From Balanoglossus misakiensis (Eukaryota > Animalia > Hemichordata), in contig CM082595.2 in NCBI GenBank assembly GCA_040954595.2, positions 7,980,317-8,044,316 of the forward strand: 64,000 nt of DNA, given 5' to 3'. Every line of letters begins with the position of its first letter. Within the stretch, counting starts at the first letter, position 1. The position numbers and the translations under genes are program-made. This document shows, in pieces, positions 25,608 through 37,488 of this stretch. The notes beneath the pieces are model-generated. The model saw only the letters and a program-made list of their open reading frames with translations, searched no databases and was not told the origin of the DNA.

Positions 25608-26032
25608 TTATGTATGTATGTAAGTATTTGCGTGTGTATGTACTATGTATGTGTGTGTATGAATTTATGTATGTATTTAAGTATGTATGTATGTATGTAT
25701 GGAAGTATGTACAAACCTATTTGTGTGTGCATGTATGTAGGCATGCATGCATGCATTCATGTATGAATGTATGTGTGTATGTATGTATGTATGTATGTAT
25801 GTATGTATGTATGTATGTATGTGCATGCGTGCATGTGTGCGTGCGTGCGTGCGTACACATGCATGCATGTATGTATGTATGGATGTATGTGTGTGTGTGT
25901 ATGTATGTATGTATGTATGTATGTATGTATGTATGTATGTATGTGCATGCGTGCATGTGTGCGTGCGTGCGTGCGTGCGTACACATGCATGTATGTATGT
26001 ATGGATGTATGTATGGATGGATGGATGGATGG
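25608..26032. repeat. Compound (TATG)n/(TGCG)n/(TGGA)n microsatellite
   Basis: Direct reading; source of the MYVC/HTYI pseudo-ORFs. Confidence 0.95.
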
Positions 26033-26264
26033 ATCTTATGTGGTGCACCTGACTTTGACAGTACCTGTGTGCGAACGTTAGAAGCAGTCATCCTGGGCAT
26101 GGCTGACCAGAAATTTGTGCAAGACGGCGGCCAGTACCTGACCCCTTGCCTTTTAGCTGGCACAGCCAGCAGTGGGAATGGGGTAGGGGAGCAGGCCAGG
26201 AACAAGACACTGGAAACATTTCTTCTACAGGCAATGTTTAAAGCTTGTTTTGTTTTTTCCTCAG

Positions 26265-26461
26265 GTTCAGCACAAGCACATTGAAGAGAAAAAGTTATCG
26301 TTGGAAGAACTTACAAAGACCTTTCACAGGCAGAAAATGATCCTTCTGAGGAAACAAGAACGGCTACAAATCAAAATAGAATGGATCTCACAAAACGAGG
26401 CAATGTTACATGATTTTACGAAACTGGCCGATACTTTCAAGACATTGGAGCAGGAGACAAG
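26265..26461 (+). CDS. Uncharacterised TM/coiled-coil gene, exon 6
   Basis: ttttcctcAG|VQHKHIEEKKLSLEELTKTF...DTFKTLEQET|GTAGGT; 197 nt, phase 0 to 2; heptad-like. Confidence 0.78.
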
Positions 26462-27401
26462 GTAGGTGTGGCGTATACTTGTATGTGTAAAGTTGAATAT
26501 ATCGCAGTACATGATCCTTCAGTGGCACCTTTGTGAGAACAAAAATTAAGCAGTCTAATTATGTGGTCAGAACTATAATATTCACATTTTATATTTTGCA
26601 CAATTTTCATTTCAATCAGAGCGCACTCATATTATTTGCACATTGTACATGTGGTATCTCATGACAGTAGTCATCATGTACCGCATGACTGGTTGGCCCA
26701 GTCTCAAGCAGTTCAAAAATAATGTACACTCAAAAGAAATATGGTCTTAGAGTTTTTGTGCCAACCAAAATGAAACGGTTTAATTATGTGGAAGTCATTT
26801 TGTCAACAGTCACTCAGTGTAAAAAAAGAAATTAAAGCAGTGAAAATGCTCTGAGTACGTCGACAGAGTTGCATCACCCAGGCAAAACGAAGTCGTCAAA
26901 ATGCGCCCAAATGACAAATAAAGTGGTCTGGCTGCAAATCGCCTCAGCCAAATTTTGTATAAATTGGGTCCATATAAATGAAAATTGCGTCCATCAAAAT
27001 TGAAAAGGTGTCTGCAAATATTATAGTAGTTCTGACCCAGAATTTGAATTGTTTTTGGCGTGTAGGGGCCAAAAATGGTCCATTGCATTTTCTCATCAGG
27101 GGCCACCCCTGTTTGTATGTATATTGGCCAGACTTTTGAAAACAACATATTTGGATCAAACCACCAATGTGGTGAAAGAAGTAAATGAACAGCATTGAAG
27201 AGTTATGTGTCTTTTAAATTGCGTCTTTTTCAATAATGTCTTAGCTTTCATTTGTATGTGTGTATATACCAAGAATGTGGCAGTTTCTTGAAGAGGGTGC
27301 ACATACGTGTCTAACAATTTTGGAAATCACTGAAAATAACCCGTAAATTGCTGAAATATGAGTCAGTTTGAGCCCATGAGTCTTGTGCATACTATCAACT
27401 A

Positions 27402-27582
27402 CTGTGGAACAGGTTATTTAGCGAGCAATAAATTTAAGCGAAATATGGGAAAGCAAAAAATACGCGAAATATAGTTGTGAAAGAACAATGTGCATGAGAA
27501 CGCGAAAATTAATTCTCGCGTAACAGTGGCCTCTCTCGATATCGCGAACAATTTCAACTCGCAAAAATAACTTGTTTTACAG
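27402..27582. mobile_element. TA-flanked MITE
   Basis: TA|ctgtggaacaggttattt...aaataacttgttttacag|TA with internal cgcgaa repeats. Confidence 0.65.
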
Positions 27583-27618
27583 TATCTCTAATGTTGTAAT
27601 GTCTTGGGGTTCTTTCAG

Positions 27619-27750
27619 CTGGGATAATCTGCAGCATGAAAAAACCAAGAACGAGTACCACCAACAATTCGAACAAATGAATGAGGCACTGACCGCTTTC
27701 AGCCAAAAAGCAAGAGCGTTGAAAACGTGGTGGAAAGATGCTGCTGAAAG
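27619..27750 (+). CDS. Uncharacterised TM/coiled-coil gene, exon 7
   Basis: tctttcAG|(S)WDNLQHEKTKNEYHQQFEQMNEALTAFSQKARALKTWWKDAAE|GTATAG; 132 nt, phase 2 to 2. Confidence 0.78.
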
Positions 27751-28895
27751 GTATAGTGAATCTTGACCCCCGTGTGACCTTTACATCCTGGCATTTTGTT
27801 GGCATGATTTAATCATTTTGAGTTTGAACTGTGAATCAGCCAACCTTACACACTGAATCTGTGCATATAGTTGTAAATCATCCCAAAACAAAATGTTGTG
27901 TGTAATGTTGAAACATGTGCCAACAAAACATGGGTGTTTCTAAAACTTGTAATGAGCAGAACCTACAGTAATGACCAATGATGACCTTGAAATAGATAGA
28001 ATGATTGATAAGGAGCAATAATGACCAAAAATTTGGTCAAAACTCAGTAACTGAACAACTACTAGTCAGATTGATTTGCAAATTTGTGTGTATTTACCAG
28101 GACTCTATTCCTGAAGAAGAAAAGATAAATTGTTCATCGGAATCACTGCTTATTCTACTTTGGCTGTTTTGGAATTTTTTTTTTGGATTGTGGCAAAATC
28201 TTACTTCTGCATTACAAATATTCTTAGTACTGCCTTTGGTGGCGCCCTACACTTTCTCATGTGTTCACAGGCAAAGCATTTTGAATTAGACTTCCAACTT
28301 GTTTTGAGTGAGTTGAGCGCCAACACGTTGTTGTGATGTAAATATTTGGCAAATGACAATTCAAAGGGGGTAGATTTGGGCAGAAATTTCTTCGTTCTAT
28401 TAGTAAAGGTTGGTTCATGTCACATAATGAGTATTAACCAACATTCGACGTGACAGCGAACATTTAGTTCCAAAGTTCAGTGATTTGTTTAACAAGATTG
28501 TGACAGCAGATGGTTGGTGCATCTGGTTGAATGAAAATTGCATCGAAAGTGTATAAAAATTATGACAGCGACAAAACACATGGTTGCGTTGATGTTTAAA
28601 TACGATCTGACGTGTCAGTCTACAGCGAGTTCAACATGAATTTTGCAGTGTTCAGTGTGTCAAATAAGACAATCAATTTGCACACGAAGCCATTCCGTCT
28701 ACTTCCGCTACCGCACCATCTGATACTGACGGCCACATTCAAAATGCGTTTTTGATCACTGATGTCCACTTTTACTGAAGTCGATCTGCCTGACAATAGA
28801 TGTTTCCCAATAGCTATTACAATGATAATATTCAGCTGTTTGACGAACTTGGTGCAGACTGGAACAAATTAGACATGGCTACCGTGGCCAGAATA

Positions 28896-29010
28896 ATAGA
28901 ATCTCACACACCCAAGGACCTGGGATCATATTTCTCGCTAGAGTTGGGGATTTTCTGTCTGAGGAGTGTGAGAAATAGGATCCCAGGTCCTTGGTGTGTG
29001 AGATTATATT
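28896..29010. mobile_element. Palindromic element
   Basis: aatctcacacacccaaggacctgggatc / gatcccaggtccttggtgtgtgagatt; a half copy lies at ~1044-1100. Confidence 0.8.
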
Positions 29011-30328
29011 TCTCACACAGCCACAATTTAGCCAAATTCGTTAAAAAATTGAATAAACGACTCTGGAACTGTAGTCTAGGCACGTTGAAGTCTCTGTTCC
29101 TGTAATACACATCGCGTCATTGGATAAAATTTAGTGCGCGTTTGCAAAAGAACGCTTTGTCAACCAATCAGCGCGAGCGTCAGATACAGCTTTCGATTCA
29201 GTGAAAGTGTGGGATCAATTTGTTCTCACACTCCCAGTGTGCCAGGAGTGTGAGAACAGTGTGCGTAGTGAGAGATAGTCTGTACAGTGTTGTTAGACCA
29301 TCGTGTAGAATGTGTAGAGACAGTAAAGAGGCCAAGACATGGGGCCAAAGTAAAATGAAAAAAAAAACTCAGATGCCAGATCCCACCAGGACAATATTAA
29401 AGAATAATACTTAATTGTTGGATTTCAGTGATTTACTGTGCATTTTATTTTATTCTGAGAGCATGTGGAAATACTCAGAATATGTTGTGCAAACACCAAC
29501 TGTATATATAATGGCCTGTTTTTTTTGGTTGGGAAATACAGTATTGAATTCAGTTACAAATACTGTACATGTATCAGAGATATTTCTGGTAAAAAGCAAA
29601 ACAATTATCTCGCATTGTCTGCATTTGTGCAAATATGCCAGAGAACTGGTTTTACCTTCTGCCTAAAAACATTTAAAAACAATTTTCGCTCACCACTTCT
29701 GGAACAAGGTCCAAAAAAATCAATGCACAACATTTAAAGTATGCGAAAACAAACCAACACTCGAGCACAAATACCAAGAACATCAAACCAGCGTGAACGA
29801 AGTCATCGACGATGACTTTTTTCCAGCAATGATATGAAATTAAACAACTGTTTAGTTCCATGAAAACAGTCATGATAATTGACACTGATTGCATAACTTC
29901 AGATGACTATACGGGTATAATATGAAATTGGAAACGATCAGCATTTCCACAGTATTTGTGATTACCCATTCTGTCTATTTCTAGGATGTTATTGGTCATT
30001 ACTGCAAGTTTCTGCTCATTACTGCTCGTTACAAGTTTTACAAACACCCAGAAGTCATTTAGAAAGGCACAAAATAACAAGTCCATAAAAAACTGAGCAT
30101 GAGTCATTGTCATGTAGCCTGCATAAAGTAAAACTTGATGGATTCTTACACAATTTGCATTACCTGGCATGTGTACTGCAAAGACAATGCCTGGAGTTAT
30201 ACTAGAGGGTGTTTGATCGCGGGAATTTGTCTTTTGTGTCACATGCAGTTAAATTACTCCTCATTGTCACCACCACCCCCAGCTCATCATTTATATTTTC
30301 CTGTGCGGCATCTGTTTGCTTTTTTCAG

Positions 30329-30371
30329 ATACGAGAAACTAGATTCTGGTTTGCAGGATGGTGGAGATTGA
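30329..30371 (+). CDS. Uncharacterised TM/coiled-coil gene, terminal exon
   Basis: gcttttttcAG|(R)YEKLDSGLQDGGD-TGA; phase 2 compatible. Confidence 0.65.
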
Positions 30372-30568
30372 TCTCTATGCCACCATAGCAGTTTGAAGTC
30401 TGACTACCAATAGTACCATGCAGAAACTAGATGCTGGTTTGCAGGATGGAGAACACTGATCTGTGTGCCAACTGGCAGATTGAAGTCCGACTACCATTAG
30501 TACCATGCAGAAACTAGATGCTGCGTTGCAGGATGGCAGAGATTGATCTGTATGCCACCATAGCAGAG
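30334..30568 (+). repeat. ~88-bp tandem repeat x ~2.7 overlapping the predicted stop codon
   Basis: agaaactagat starts at 30334, 30422 and 30509. Confidence 0.9.
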
Positions 30569-30939
30569 GAATGCTGCAAGATGATTTGGACCAGAAGTCC
30601 CACTACCATGCAGTCTCCATGATGCCTCATCTGTCAACAGAGGTCCGTAGACGCATGGACTCCCAGCTTGCAGTGCTTACGGTAGTTTTGGGGGCATCCC
30701 TGCCATGCATTTTTATATATTTGTGTAAATTTAGTTAATTTTGGTGTACACATCTGTATTTGAACGGTTTATTTAATTAGGTATATTAAGTTATTTTGTT
30801 AGTTGTTACTTGTAGTTATAGTTAGTTATAATATAGTATAGTTATAGGGTATTTATGTTTGTTTGTTTGTTTGTTTGTTTGTGTGGTGTAAGTGTGTGTG
30901 TCATTCAAAGTGTAGGGTACCTGTTTATAATACCACGGT

Positions 30940-31135
30940 CACACTGGTAAAAATTTGAAACATTTCGGAGATACTATTTGCCTTTTGTAAACACAGAGAA
31001 TTAATCCTTTGAGTCGCTTGTGTCCACACACACAAAGTTTATGTATAGGCGCTGAGGCTCGGCCCCATAGATAATGGGTTGTGGAGAGGTGTTAATCCTT
31101 ACATCAGGTCTGGTTGCCAAAACCGTCTCAAAATT
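30940..31135 (+). mobile_element. Dispersed repeat fragment, same family as 54617-54906
   Basis: Shared ttaatcctttga..ttatgtataggc..ggccccataga..aatgggttgt..taatccttaca. Confidence 0.7.
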
Positions 31136-32623
31136 GATAACCAGTGATTCAAATTGCCCATTTGACATCAAACCTTCAATATTCAGAAAAGATGTCAATT
31201 TTCTATGAGTTACAATTATTGTTTTCATAATGTACAGAAAAGTTTACATTGGATCACTTAGTCATTCCGCCATTCGTTTTCTTTGATTTTGAATATATCT
31301 AGTTTTGTTTACACTTCCCTGACTGTGTGCTTTACGATAAAATATACACTTTACGTCAGGGGTACCATGTGCAAATGTCCACTACCGAGCTTGGAGTAAG
31401 AATTCTTGAGCATTCAGAAAAAAAAATCTCTGCATTCAGAATGTTTTTTATCTCTGTCATTCAATTTTGATTTTGATTATATCTAATTTGTTTACACATG
31501 GTTCCATGACTGTGTGTTTTACGATACACATTTTCATTGATTTGTTTCACAATATAATCTAATGTGGATGTTGGTCCATATTGGATGGTATTGTGACGTG
31601 TTGTTTGCAGTGAGGTTTGATACAGCTCCCAGCAGACGCCACTTTGTGTGAATTTCTTCACGTCATCGCCAATTTGTCACTTTTGTGGGTTATTTGTTTG
31701 GTGTTATGATTTCGCCCCTTTAACTGTCGATCCAGTAGAGACAGTGTCATTAACAATGGATTGCCATGCATAACTTGACGAGGAGAGTCCATGGAAAGTC
31801 AGTTTTATTCAAGAACTAGATTAGTTGGAGCCTTGGAAGACTACATCATAGAATTTGTAATGATAACCGTTGACCCTTTGATACAAGGTGTCTGTAATGA
31901 ATTTGGAGTCGCTTTGAGATGAAAATTCAGAAAATGTGGACCATGACATTGAGAGTTCGTCCCTACAATGATTGGAAGTCTTCTTTCACGTTAAAAAAAC
32001 ATGTGCTAATTATAGAACATACGTAAGAGAGTATGTTGAACAACATCTTTGGAGAACATATAAACAGAGTATACTGCTTTGTATTGCCTTGTTAGCCTTT
32101 GTGTAAATTACAGGCTCTTGCTTCTAATACTTGTGTCAAACTTTTTGCTACACCCACACCCATAGTGGGTGTATGGTTTGGGTGCTACTTCTACTTTCAT
32201 ACTCCTACGGCCCATGTGTGTCCTGACTTCAATATTGCAGAATCTTGTATTGGAAATGCAGCTTTATGAGGCATGGAGCCACCGGCCCAGCTGTAGTATT
32301 TGCAACCTTGTCCACTTAGCATTGGTTCGTATTTACATATTATAACTGCTGTCTTGAAATCTAGCAGTATCACTTGAAGGAGGTTAGTAGCATTGTGCTG
32401 AGAACACTTGTTCAGTAACTCTTGGAGTCTATATAGTGAATTATTTTGCTCCTATAGTGGAATATTTCAGCAGATTTCCCACTCCAACATACAAAAAAGG
32501 GTATTTATCCCATCACTGATTTTACCGAATATGGAAGTGAATGGCTGACGATCTGTAACAGACATGCTCTATCACACTGCTGACTTCTGCACCGGGGCTT
32601 CTGGGATACAGCTATGTCACATA

Positions 32624-32774
32624 TGATAACTTGGGCCTAGCTAGGGAGTTCTTTATTATGAGCATCCTAGGTGGACCTGTTCATGGGGGGGCGACTCCAT
32701 CTTGTTTTGAGTGAAACTTGTATGTGAACATTGTGGACCCAGTCGGAAATAAATCAATTATTGTTGAACTATTA
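32624..32774 (+). repeat. 5' LTR
   Basis: tgataacttggg...gaactatta; contains AATAAA; identical to the 3' LTR. Confidence 0.95.
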
Positions 32775-32775
32775 A

Positions 32776-32787
32776 TGGTAGCAGAGC
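32776..32787 (+). promoter_or_regulatory. Primer-binding site (tRNA-iMet)
   Basis: TGGTAGCAGAGC, 1 nt after the LTR; the PBS recalled for GalEa elements. Confidence 0.9.
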
Positions 32788-32808
32788 ATTTCCAAAACAA
32801 ACGGCGAA

Positions 32809-35800
32809 ATGGCACAAAACTCAAGTTACAAAAATCCCCCGGCGTTGAGGGAAGACACAGTCTATGAAACATGGAAAAACGAAGTTGAAATTTGGCGCCT
32901 AATGACTGACCTGGATGTGAAGAAACAGGCATTGGCAGTTGCTTTAACACTCACTGGTCATGCACGTGAGAAGGCCATGGGCATTGAGGCAAGTAGTTTG
33001 AATTCTACCGATGGAATGAAAACCCTGATAGAAGCACTGGATGAACTGTATAAAAAGGACACCATTGACCTTTCATACGAGGCATATTCAAAGTTTGAAA
33101 GTTTTAGAAAACTGGAAGATATGCAGATGATGGAATACATTGTGGAGTTTGAAAGACTATATACACAAGTGAAAAAGTATGATATGGTTCTTCCGGATGC
33201 TGTTTTGGCGTTCAAGTTACTTGATAGTGCTAATCTGGAGGACCGTGATAAACAACTTGTACTGACAGCATCTATGGATCTAAAATTCAGCACGATGAAA
33301 TCATCCCTTAAGAGAATTTTTGGTAAGGGTCATGAGGCCAGTGGTGGTAGTAATGACATGAGCAGCACACCAGCCATTACAATCAAGCAAGAATCAGCAT
33401 ACTTTACACAGAAATACAAACCCAAGACGTTGAAGTTTGGAGACAAGAAACGGTTTCCATCTAAAGATTCTAAAACCAGCAACAGTGTTCAGAGAGGAAC
33501 CAACCCTATTGACAGGTTTGGTAGACGGTCAAGATGTGCTATATGCCAATCTACATTCCATTGGGCGAAAGATTGTGAGCACAGACAAGAAACTAACCAA
33601 GTGAATGTGACAGAAGAAAAGTCTGAACAGCAAGTGCCTATTGAGGATGAGTTCTGTAATATCACACTGTTGACTAAAGAACAGAAAAACAATGAGGTGT
33701 TCATGACTGAAGCGTATGGATGCGCTGTGATTGACACAGCATGCACACGTACAGTATGTGGAAAAAGGTGGCTGAATGATTATACGAGAAGTCTGGATGA
33801 AAGACACAGAAAGAAGATCATTGAGACACACAGTGATAGAAGTTTCAAGTTCGGTGATGGTGTGAAAGTTCAGTCTGTTATGAATGTCAAAATACCTGCC
33901 AAAATTGGAGAGACTGTATGCACTATAGACACTGAAGTGGTGGATACCAACATCCCTTTACTTCTCAGTAAGACCTCACTCAAAAGAGCTGAAACCAGAC
34001 TTGATATTAAAGATGACAAAGCTGAGATGTTCCAAAGTCCAGTTGAGCTGAATTTCACTTCCAGTGGACACTATTGTATTGATATACGAAATGGCTTGAA
34101 GTCTGCTAGTAAAGTTGCATCAGAGACATTGTTTGTCAACAACATTGGTGAATCCGAGATTCCTACTATGCATGATGAGATGAGTACTCAGGAGAAAAAG
34201 AAGATGCTGAAGAAATTGCATCTACAGTTTGGCCATGCTTCAGCTGAGCGATTGAGAAAGTTGCTGGAAAGTGCAGGAAATACTGATCCAAATATGCTGA
34301 AGAACTTAACTGAGGTCACTGATAAATGTGAGACGTGTGTTAAGTTCAAGAAACAACCGGTGAAACCAGCAGTTGGGTTTCCTTTGGCAACTGAGTTTAA
34401 CGAGACTGTGGCTGTGGACCTCCATGAAATAGGAAAGAACTTGTGGTATCTACATATAATAGATGAATTCACCCGGTTCAGCGCAGGGGCTATTATGACC
34501 AGTAAACATTCAACAGTATTTGTTCAGAAGTTCATACAGAACTGGATTAGTATATATGGAGCACCAAAGAAGTTGTATAGCGACAACGGTGGGGAGTTCA
34601 ACAGTGAAGAAGTAAGAGATATGGGTGAGAATTTCAACATAGAAGTGAAGACAACAGCAGCGTATTCACCGTGGTCCAATGGTTTGCTTGAGAGACACAA
34701 TTGTACATTGACTGAGATAATGAGAAAGCTGAAACAAGATAAACATCAGGACTGGGAAACTACTTTGAAGTGGGCACTCATCGCCAAAAATAGTCTATGC
34801 AACATACATGGGTTCAGTGCATATCAGCTTGTATACGGACGCAACCCCAACCTGCCTTCAACATTAGTTGATAAACCACCAGCGCTAGAAGGCACCACTA
34901 CCAGCAAAGAAGTGGCCAAGCACATCACTGCTCTGTATGAAGCCAGGAAAGCTTTTACTGAAGTTGAATGCTCTGAGAGGATCAGACGTGCACTCAGAAA
35001 ACAAACAAGACCTACATCAGGACCATTCAGCATTGGTGACAGAGTCTATTATAAAAGGCCTGATAGTGCAGAATGGAAAGGACCAGGCACAGTTATTGGT
35101 CAGGATGGCGTGGTAGTATTTGTGAGACATGGTGGGACACTTGTCAGAGTTCACCAATGCAGACTACAGATGGTCAAGCAAACAGCCCAGGTGGATGAAC
35201 ACACAGACTGTGATGAAAAATCAGAGAAGATAGTACATGTAAAGACTGAAGCAAGAAAAGGCATAAACACTACCGATGATGAAGACGATGAAGATGATGA
35301 AGGAAATGAAAGAACAAGTTCTAAAGTCGACATGAAAGCGAATGATGAACAGTCAAAAGATGACGAACAGTCAGAAGATGATGCCCAGGATTCACAGATC
35401 AGAAATACTGCAGAACATCTGAAATTGGTACCTGGGAATGTGATAACGTATAGACATAGCCAGTCTGGACAGTTGATGACTGCAGAAGTTACCAACCGAG
35501 CTGGTAAAGCAAGTGGAAGAAACAAACATTGGTACAATGTGAAATACCTTGGGCCGAAAGAAGTTGCAGGGATTGCACAATCTATTGATCTCAGCCAAGT
35601 AGATACACTGAAGATCACAGAGAATTATCAAAGTGTTGATGAACAGAGTGAAGATGTTGTCATGATGGTTGGAGATGATAGATTCCTCAAAGCGAAGCTG
35701 ACTGAGTTAGACAACTGGAAAATTAATGGTGTATATGACGAAGTGGCAGATCACGGTCAGAGATGTGTATCCACTAGGTGGGTGTGTACTATGAAGACTA

Positions 35801-37170
35801 CAGATGAGTGCACAAAAACCAAGGCCAGACTAGTAGCCAGGGGATTTGAGGAAGTCAACGCTGATGATGTACAGAAAGATTCACCAACCTGCGGCAAGGA
35901 ATCCATGCGGATCATTCTTGCAATATTTGCCCAGAACAATTGGAAACCTAAATCGATGGACATAAAAACTGCATTCCTGCAGGGTACCAAACTTGAGAGA
36001 GATGTGTACATCCGGCCACCAAAAGAGGCTGACGTCCCAGGTAAAATATGGCGACTGAAGAAATGTGTGTATGGTCTCAACGATGCCTCTCTACACTGGT
36101 ATAATAAAGTGAAAGCCGTAATGCTGGAATCAGGAGGGAAGATCTCTAAAGTTGATCCAGCAGTATTTTACTGGATGGATGATCAGGAGCAGCTGATGGG
36201 AGTGCTGGCCAGTCATGTAGATGATTTCATTTGGAGCGGTTCCGAGGAATTTGAATCTTCAGTCATAGATTCTATAAGATCAACGCTCAATGTAGGAAAG
36301 GAAGACAGCGATGCCTTTCAGTATGTTGGTATAGGACTTGCAAGTGGTGAAGAACACATCTACCTGCAACAAGACAGCTACATATCCAATATGTCACCTA
36401 TTCACATTGATGGGAGCAGACGGGGACAAAAGGAAAGCCCATTGACAGATGTAGAAAAGGAGCGACTGAGATCCAAAGTAGGACAAATTCTTTGGGTGGC
36501 ACACCAGAGCAGACCAGACATTCTCTTTGATGCCTGTAACTTGGCATCGCGTATTAAAAATGCCACAGTACGAGATATACTTGATGCCAACAAAGTTATC
36601 CGCAAAGTCAAGTCTGAAGATGTACTTCTAAAATTTCAACACTTGAATGCTGACAAATTGTCACTGCTGATATTCAGTGATGCCTCACTGGGTAATTTGC
36701 CTGATGGTGGAAGCCAAGGAGGCTACCTCGTTCTCCTTACAGACAAGGATGGGAAGTTTTCACCGATATGCTGGAATTCCAAGAAGATCAGGAGAGTAGT
36801 TCGCAGCACACTAGCTGGGGAGACACTAGCTATGGCAGACGGCATAGACTCTGCAATGTTCATTGCTACATTGTATAGTGAACTGACCTCGGGACAAACA
36901 GACAAGAACATGTTACCCCTAACATGTGTTACAGACTGCAAGTCATTGTTTGAGGCTCTGAAGTCTGTGAAGATGGTCAATGAGAAACGACTTCGCATGG
37001 AGATCAGTGGGATCAAGGAACTCCTGGAGAGCAAACACATCGAGAGGATCATCTGGTGTGAGACACAGAAGCAGTTGGCTGACTGTCTGACAAAGAAAGG
37101 AACTTCATCCCTGTCGCTGATGAAGGCCCTGGATGAAGGCGTTATTGACATATGCTATGACACTGCATGA
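32809..37170 (+). CDS. Copia gag-pol polyprotein, 1453 aa
   Basis: Zn knuckle CAICQSTFHWAKDC; protease VIDTAC; integrase HLQFGH..CETC, VDLH/SDNGGEF/LERHN; RT KARLVARGF, DIKTAFLQG, YGLNDAS, HVDD, SRPDI; RNase H SDAS/GETLA/TDCKS/ADCLTK. Confidence 0.97.
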   Translation: MAQNSSYKNPPALREDTVYETWKNEVEIWRLMTDLDVKKQALAVALTLTGHAREKAMGIEASSLNSTDGMKTLIEALDELYKKDTIDLSYEAYSKFESFRKLEDMQMMEYIVEFERLYTQVKKYDMVLPDAVLAFKLLDSANLEDRDKQLVLTASMDLKFSTMKSSLKRIFGKGHEASGGSNDMSSTPAITIKQESAYFTQKYKPKTLKFGDKKRFPSKDSKTSNSVQRGTNPIDRFGRRSRCAICQSTFHWAKDCEHRQETNQVNVTEEKSEQQVPIEDEFCNITLLTKEQKNNEVFMTEAYGCAVIDTACTRTVCGKRWLNDYTRSLDERHRKKIIETHSDRSFKFGDGVKVQSVMNVKIPAKIGETVCTIDTEVVDTNIPLLLSKTSLKRAETRLDIKDDKAEMFQSPVELNFTSSGHYCIDIRNGLKSASKVASETLFVNNIGESEIPTMHDEMSTQEKKKMLKKLHLQFGHASAERLRKLLESAGNTDPNMLKNLTEVTDKCETCVKFKKQPVKPAVGFPLATEFNETVAVDLHEIGKNLWYLHIIDEFTRFSAGAIMTSKHSTVFVQKFIQNWISIYGAPKKLYSDNGGEFNSEEVRDMGENFNIEVKTTAAYSPWSNGLLERHNCTLTEIMRKLKQDKHQDWETTLKWALIAKNSLCNIHGFSAYQLVYGRNPNLPSTLVDKPPALEGTTTSKEVAKHITALYEARKAFTEVECSERIRRALRKQTRPTSGPFSIGDRVYYKRPDSAEWKGPGTVIGQDGVVVFVRHGGTLVRVHQCRLQMVKQTAQVDEHTDCDEKSEKIVHVKTEARKGINTTDDEDDEDDEGNERTSSKVDMKANDEQSKDDEQSEDDAQDSQIRNTAEHLKLVPGNVITYRHSQSGQLMTAEVTNRAGKASGRNKHWYNVKYLGPKEVAGIAQSIDLSQVDTLKITENYQSVDEQSEDVVMMVGDDRFLKAKLTELDNWKINGVYDEVADHGQRCVSTRWVCTMKTTDECTKTKARLVARGFEEVNADDVQKDSPTCGKESMRIILAIFAQNNWKPKSMDIKTAFLQGTKLERDVYIRPPKEADVPGKIWRLKKCVYGLNDASLHWYNKVKAVMLESGGKISKVDPAVFYWMDDQEQLMGVLASHVDDFIWSGSEEFESSVIDSIRSTLNVGKEDSDAFQYVGIGLASGEEHIYLQQDSYISNMSPIHIDGSRRGQKESPLTDVEKERLRSKVGQILWVAHQSRPDILFDACNLASRIKNATVRDILDANKVIRKVKSEDVLLKFQHLNADKLSLLIFSDASLGNLPDGGSQGGYLVLLTDKDGKFSPICWNSKKIRRVVRSTLAGETLAMADGIDSAMFIATLYSELTSGQTDKNMLPLTCVTDCKSLFEALKSVKMVNEKRLRMEISGIKELLESKHIERIIWCETQKQLADCLTKKGTSSLSLMKALDEGVIDICYDTA

Positions 37171-37337
37171 CTTTTACCTTGGATCACCGCGTTGTGTTAT
37201 AGTTGATCCTATGTAACATTTGTTGTCAGTTTTGGCTGTTTGGACTTTACTGAACTATTCTCTTCATCCAGAACTTTCATTTACATTTTTTTTTGGACTT
37301 CGGACATTTCATAAACTTAAAAGGATAGAGTGGAATT

Positions 37338-37488
37338 TGATAACTTGGGCCTAGCTAGGGAGTTCTTTATTATGAGCATCCTAGGTGGACCTGTTCATGG
37401 GGGGGCGACTCCATCTTGTTTTGAGTGAAACTTGTATGTGAACATTGTGGACCCAGTCGGAAATAAATCAATTATTGTTGAACTATTA
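37338..37488 (+). repeat. 3' LTR
   Basis: Identical to 32624-32774; preceded by a purine tract at 37319-37335. Confidence 0.95.

Larger units (their letters stand above)
32624..37488 (+). mobile_element. Intact Ty1/copia LTR retrotransposon, GalEa-like
   Basis: Identical 151-bp LTRs; TSD ACATA (32619-32623 / 37489-37493); PBS TGGTAGCAGAGC; PPT aaaaggatagagtggaa; domain order gag-PR-IN-RT-RH. Confidence 0.97.

Noticed and set aside
25527-26284. Long ORFs (up to 227 aa) rich in MYVC/HTYI
   Set aside because: They are microsatellite translations.
32958-37151. Antisense ORFs within the copia ORF
   Set aside because: Shadow ORFs of the sense frame with no recognisable motifs.
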